Position numbers and translations under genes: made by a program. Below, one piece after another: positions 30,201 to 35,610 of a stretch of 35,610 nucleotides of DNA. Source of the stretch: Emiliania huxleyi CCMP1516 (taxonomy: Eukaryota). Each line of letters opens with the position of its first letter. Position 1 is the first letter of the stretch. The notes under the pieces are model-generated. The model was not told the DNA's origin and made no database searches. It was given only the letters and a program-made list of their open reading frames with translations. Where the stretch lies: NCBI RefSeq assembly GCF_000372725.1, contig NW_005201327.1:364745-400354 (forward strand), written 5' to 3'.

Positions 30201-31284
30201 NNNNNNNNNNNNNNNNNNNNNNNNNNNNNNNNNNNNNNNNNNNNNNNNNNNNNNNNNNNNNNNNNNNNNNNNNNNCAGCTGGCCATGGCGCGCTCAAAGC
30301 CGCTGCTCGCGTTGCGCGCGCTGCGAAAGGCGCTCATTGGGGGGCGGCCGGGGGGGGCGGGGGGGAGTCTGACGTTTCCCTGACGTTTCCTTCCGTGAGA
30401 TGCGGCCGCTTCAAGAGTGCACCGAGGTGGTCGATGAGAGGAGGGGGGGGGACCTAGAGTGGAGGTGAGTCTGCCCGACTGCTGCGACAGGCGCTCTCGC
30501 TCGGCGCCGCGGACGCGCAGGTGCACCGCAGCGCCGCCCGCTTCCTCCACCTGTACCGCGCGGGCGGCGCGGCGCTGGCGCCTGCGGTAGCGACGGTGGT
30601 GGAGCGGCACAGCGCGCAGATTCTGGCGGCGGCGGGACTGCCGACCGGGGCGACGGCCGAGGCGTACAACGACGCCTTCCTCGCGCGCGCGGGGGGCGGC
30701 GCGGCTGCGGCGGCAGTCGCCCACGCCGAGGTGCGCGCGCTCGTCGCCCCCGCGCAGGCGGCCGCGGCTCGCGAGGCGCTGGCGAGTCTCGACCTGCAGC
30801 AGGCTTCCTAGCCCTGGCCCTGGCCCTGGCCCTAGCCCTAGCCCTAGCCCTAGCCCTAGCCCTAGCCCTAGCCCTGCCCCTGGCCCTAGCCCTGGCCCTG
30901 GCCCTAGCCCTAGCCCTGGCCCTAGCCCTGGCCCTAGCCCTAGCCCTAGCCCTAGCCCTAGCCCTGGCCCTAGCCCTGGCCCTAGCCCTAGCCCTGGCCC
31001 TAGCCCTAGCCCTAGCCCTAAGCCCTAGCCCTGGCCCTGGCCCTAGCCCTGGCCCTAGCCCTGGCCCTAGCCCTGGCCCTGGCCCTGACTCGATCCCCGA
31101 CCTCCAGCAGGCCAGCCTAGCGGTGTGCAAGGAGGCCCTCGCCCTCCTCGAGCCCGGAGGCGCGCTCGCGGACGCCGCTGCCGCCGCCGCCTTCCGACAA
31201 AAGGCGGTGGCGCGGTTCCCGCACGCGCCGGCCTTCGGCGGCGGCAGCGGCGACGAGCCTCCCCCGCCGCCGAGCGGAGAGTGA
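27260..31284 (+). CDS. NAA15: Second, 5'-truncated copy of NAA15 (from exon [11 protein letters not shown] to the stop)
   Basis: Exons collinear with 18425-22730, no frameshift seen, TGA at 31282-31284. Lacks the first ~9 exons. An N gap covers one junction. Confidence 0.85.
30176..30275. other. Assembly gap (100 N)
   Basis: N run that falls exactly on the intron bounded by a 39-nt direct repeat in copy A. Confidence 1.
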
Positions 31285-31905
31285 GCGCGCGGCGGGCGGG
31301 AGGGGAGCGTTGGGGGGGGGATGCGGAGCCGGCCGATCGGAGTGGTCGTTCTCTCTGACGACATTCGGCGCGCCCGCCTGGCCCCTGCTCCCCTCCTGCG
31401 CCCGTCCATCCCCCGGCGGCTCCGGCCGACACCGCGCCGAGGCCGTGGCGCCGCTGTCGCCACCGGGCCGGGGGACCGGGCCCCTCGCATGACGCTTCTC
31501 TTACCGTCCTGGCACGCCACTACACCGGGACCGGGGTTTACGGCGACCTCTCGTCCCTCTCCATCTCTTTTCTCACCCGTCCGCTCTGCAGATCAGCGGT
31601 GGTGGCCATGTGTGGCGATCCCATCGCCCTCGCAAAGAGAAGATAATACAGACGTGCTGTTTTTTCTCGTGCAGTTAGAGGGGGGACACCCGCCTCTGCT
31701 CTATACCTAATAAATAAATAAACAAATACTAGACACAAATACCAAATTCCAAATCGCAAAATAGTGAACCCCAAATACAGGCGGCGACGCGTGGCATACG
31801 AGCTCGTAATAAAAAAACTGTACTGTGAGATGGGTAAAAATAAATAAAACGGTCAAACTCTGAGACGAGATGGGATTTAGGGACATGTGTCCCCGCCCGC
31901 TCCCA

Positions 31906-32076
31906 CCCGCTAAGGTAAGGTAAGGTAAATTTCTCCACACACACAAGTGGTGGGGCACTAGGGGGGGCGACCCTCGCATCTCCACACCCGGACACGGGCA
32001 GGAGCCCCACGGCATTCAAAGTGCACAAGCACTGGCCCGGTGCACGTGGGTGAGCAGCCTGCCCCTCCCTCCCGCT
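31906..32076 (-). mobile_element. 159-bp retro-insertion with 6-bp target-site duplication and (CCTTA)n tail
   Basis: 31912-32070 is absent from copy A, which has a single CCCGCT at 23610-23615. CCCGCT is present at 31906-31911 and 32071-32076. The left end is AAGGTAAGGTAAGGTAA. Confidence 0.75.
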
Positions 32077-34846
32077 CCCCCCGCTGCGCGGCAGGGCCCC
32101 TGGCCCTGCCGGCCCCTGTGCCGCCCCGCACGTCTTTGGTAATAAAATAAATAAACAAAAACGGACACCTCTCTACTGGGTAAAAAGGAGCAGGTCCCCG
32201 CCCGTGCGATCTTTGTGCAGGGTTCTTTTTGTGGCTCCAGTGGTGTACCTGTGTTAGTGCCAGTGCGCGCCAGTCCCGTGCCCAGTGTTGTGCGAGGGAG
32301 TTTTGTTGTAAAATTCTTTGTGCGGGTCCCTGCTGCTCCTAATCTCTTCGTACATCCTCCTGCTGATCTCCGCAAATAGTCCTGCTTCCTCCCTCGTCTC
32401 GCCCTGCGCGTCTGCTCCGCCTCACCGTCTTCTGCCCTGCGTCGTCTGGCGACGGGTCCTCCATAGTCGGTCGAGGTCGCCGCCCTCCTCGTGCCTCTTC
32501 CCAACGTTCCCGCCTCGGCGGCCGATGCCGTCTGCTCCGGCTCCCCAGTCCCCGGGTCTGCCCTGCTCTCGTCTGCGCTAGAGTCTCTGCTTCGTCACCA
32601 CCGGCGTCTCTCCTCCTCCTTCTCCTCTTCTTGTATGCTTCATGCTTCGCACATCGCGTCGGTTCCTTTTCGTGTGAGCACCAGCCTGAAGCCCGCCCAG
32701 CAGCTAAACCGCTCCCTAAGTCGAAGCTCGAAGGAGCATCATTAGTCTCACCCACTTGGCTCGCTGTACCGTCTCCGCTCCCTCCCGCTTGAGCCGCCGT
32801 CGCGGCCCTCGTTCGTCCCACTGGCAGCTGGCCTGTCTGCACGCGCATCCTTCCTGTGCTGCTCGCTCGCCAACTAACTCTCTGTCGGTTACTGGACCGT
32901 CACGTCTTCGACCCGTCGAACAACGTTCGACCATGGCACTGTTCACAGCGCGCGCGGACGGCGGCTCTGCGCGTTCCGCTCAGCAGGACTTTTGTAAAGC
33001 GTGCTTTGTTGTGGCAGGTTACAGACGCTAGTATCGACCTCAGAGACCCAAACCCGAATAAATATATAAGGGTCAAACCATGGTCGAACATCCGTCGAAC
33101 ACAGGTCGAACAACGAAAAGAGACTAGTGCGACCGCTAGACGACGGTCTCCGCCGGCCCCGAGGCTGCCCAGCCCCAGTACCACACCGGCCACGTGCACC
33201 GTGGCGCTGCAGTCGGTCAGTGAGGCACTAGACGGGCTACGGAACCATGCGCGCGCCGGGCTCGTGCGCCGCCTCGATTTTGCATCTCTCCGCTCCGCGG
33301 CCGACTGAGGGGCCAGCTCGCCCGGCGACAAGGCCAGCCATCGCCCAGCGCCCCGTACCGACGGGGGCCACGCAAAAAAACCGCACCTACGACTAGGCTG
33401 AGCACGTGAGGGGGGGCGTCGGTGTCGGCCGCGGGTGGGCTGCGAGGTCCGAGGAGGGCGCGGGTGGGAGCATGGGAGATGCACCACCGCTCGACGAAGA
33501 CGCGCCCGACGAAGCCCCGCTGGCGTAGGATGGTCGATCCTCACCTAATAGCGTCGAGCATGTGCGAAAAAGAGCGCAAATCGGAGCTCAACTCGCGCGC
33601 GGCGGGAAAGAGGTGTGGCGAGGAGCTGCTGCACTGCCCCCAAACGCGCTCGGGCAGCACGTCGGCGCGCCTGCGGGGTGAGTGGAGGTGAAACTAGGCT
33701 TGCTGGCACGCACATCCCGCACCACCCCCGCGCCCGCGCGCACCATGCCGCCGTCCCACCTCACAGCCAAGCGCGATCGCCGACGCACGCAGCGACGCCG
33801 AGCGGTGGCCTCGCAGACGACGAGCGCGATGAGGCCGCCGCGCCGCCGAGGTGGCCGGCGCGTGCCAGCCGCTGGCCCGTCCAGCGTGGCGGGACCGGCT
33901 CGCCTATCCGCTTTTTTGGCAGCCTCGCGATAATCACATTTTGAGACCCTGGGAAGCTCCTCTTTTGAGGGAGTCCGTCGCTGAGGCGCCGTTCGCTCGG
34001 CGGGCCGCCGGTATCTTTTCGAATGCGATCTCGGGCGGGAGCCCTTGAGAGCCCTGACGAATTACGGCAGGTTTTTGGATTTCGTTTAAAAGAAAGGCGG
34101 TCCTTTCTTTTGGGGCGGGGTACGAGCGAAAAAGAAGTACTCCAAAAAGAAGAAGTGCACGCCTCCGTGGGGGGGGGGGGGGGTTCGGGGCGGGAGGTGT
34201 CGGTGTCAGTCGAGAGAGGGCTTGGACCTTCGTTGGCTCGCCTTTGGCTTAACGGGCGTGTGAGAGAGAGAGATTTTTATTAACCAACAAGAAATCACGA
34301 CTCTCACAGTGATTTGGGCTTCTTCTTCTTGGCGTGTGTATTTCTTGTGTATTTCTTTTTCAAAAAGAAAGTTCCCCCCGGATCCCCGCCCAATTCCTGG
34401 GCGTATACAGTTGTAGGAGCACGCTCAAACCCACGCGCCATCCCCCTTTCCTCATTCCCCTCCCGTTGCCCCCCCCCCCCCCCTCCCCGACGCTCCTTTT
34501 ATTTTCCGCGTCATCCCCCCGGTTTGGGGCTCATCATCAACTATGGGTTTCTTTTTCACAAGATGCAAACCAACCGCGGTAGGTTTGCATCTATTTTGGC
34601 GCGAACGCCCATCTATTTTGGCGCGAACGCCCGCCGGCGCCGCCTTTCAGTCAGAGCCGCCGTACCCTGGCTGGAAGCCCGGCGAAGCCCAGCTGTGTGG
34701 GAAACCAAGAAGAAAGGGGAAGGGGCACCGCGTCGCACCTCTTCGATGCCCCCAAAAGGAAAAAAACATACATCAAAGAGGCGGCCCGAGTCCGAATTCT
34801 TCTTACCGACTCGGAGCCGAGTCTCGCCGAGTCTCGCCGGCTGCAA

Positions 34847-35607
34847 ATGCTGCCTGGTCGGCCGCCGCTGAAGCGGGTGCGCCTTTACCCCGACCCACGT
34901 GCCCCGGCCGCGGCCGGTCCCTCGGCGCACAGCGCCGCGGGCCGCTCGGGCCGCGCCGAGGACAGCGCCGAAGCCCGCCGACGCCGCTCGCCTGCGCAGC
35001 GCCGCCGCTGCCCTGCGGCACTGCCGCCCATCGCCCGGCCCTCACCGTGCCACCGCCCACTCGACCGACGCCGCCCGCGCCTCTTCCCATAGGCGGGGTG
35101 AGCGGCCGGCGGCTGCACTCGACGGCGCGGCGTCGTGTCGGGCGCTGCGGAGAGCGCGTGGCTGCTCCTCGATCCCGACGAGGACAACGGATCGCCGCTG
35201 CGCGGCTGGACCGCGTCTTGCGACGCCGCATGCCGCCGGCTCAAGCCCGTCGATCTACGTGCGGTGCGGCTGCAGTCCGAAGGCGGCGGCGGCGGCGGCG
35301 GCGGCGGCTCTGACGGCGCTCGGCGGCACCGTTGCCGACTACGCGGAGATGCTCGATGCGCTCGACGACGCGCTCGACGTCTCCTCGCCGCTGCGCGCCG
35401 ACTCGCCGGTCTCGATGCAGGTGTGCGCGCCTCTCCGACCGCGTAGCAGCAGCCCCCTCCGCTGCGTGGCCAGGAGGCGCAGCGGCATCCCCGCCCGACG
35501 GTCTTGTCCACCCCGCCGTGCGGCGGCGTTGCGTGCAGGTTCTCGTCGCCGCAGCGGCCGACCGTTCGCAGCTTCTCCTCAAGGCTGACGACCATCAAGA
35601 GCCGTAA
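34847..35607 (+). CDS. Hypothetical 'gene X', copy B with its presumed native continuation
   Basis: Near-identical to 26178-26919 but continues CAAGGCTGA|CGACCATC (LLLKADDHQEP*) instead of running into NAA15 intron sequence. It may splice beyond the window. Confidence 0.35.
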
Positions 35608-35610
35608 GAT

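Overview
GC-rich, intron-dense eukaryotic DNA with frequent GC-AG introns, 10-11-bp intronic tandem repeats and three 100-N gaps. This is consistent with a haptophyte such as Emiliania/Gephyrocapsa huxleyi (inference, not searched). From left to right: an intronless EGF-like + SAM-methyltransferase gene (-); a 5'-truncated non-LTR-retroelement-like ORF with zinc-knuckle remnant and RNase H (+); a small single-pass membrane protein with a Cys-rich module (-); about 3.5 kb of inverted-repeat/MITE-like DNA; a spliced copper nitrite reductase (nirK) gene (-) with a presequence-like N-terminus whose last Cu-ligand exon is missing; a ~23-exon NAA15 (NatA auxiliary subunit) gene (+); and a ~8.7-kb tandem duplication that puts the 3' part of NAA15 in frame behind the 5' exons of an unknown neighbouring gene. 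The most striking signal is intron architecture. Many introns are bounded by direct repeats of the exon sequence spanning the splice junction, up to 39 nt long. Several introns are stacks of complete GC...AG units joined by AT-rich, stop-rich fillers that differ between the two gene copies. All exon models were read by eye and need RNA-seq confirmation.
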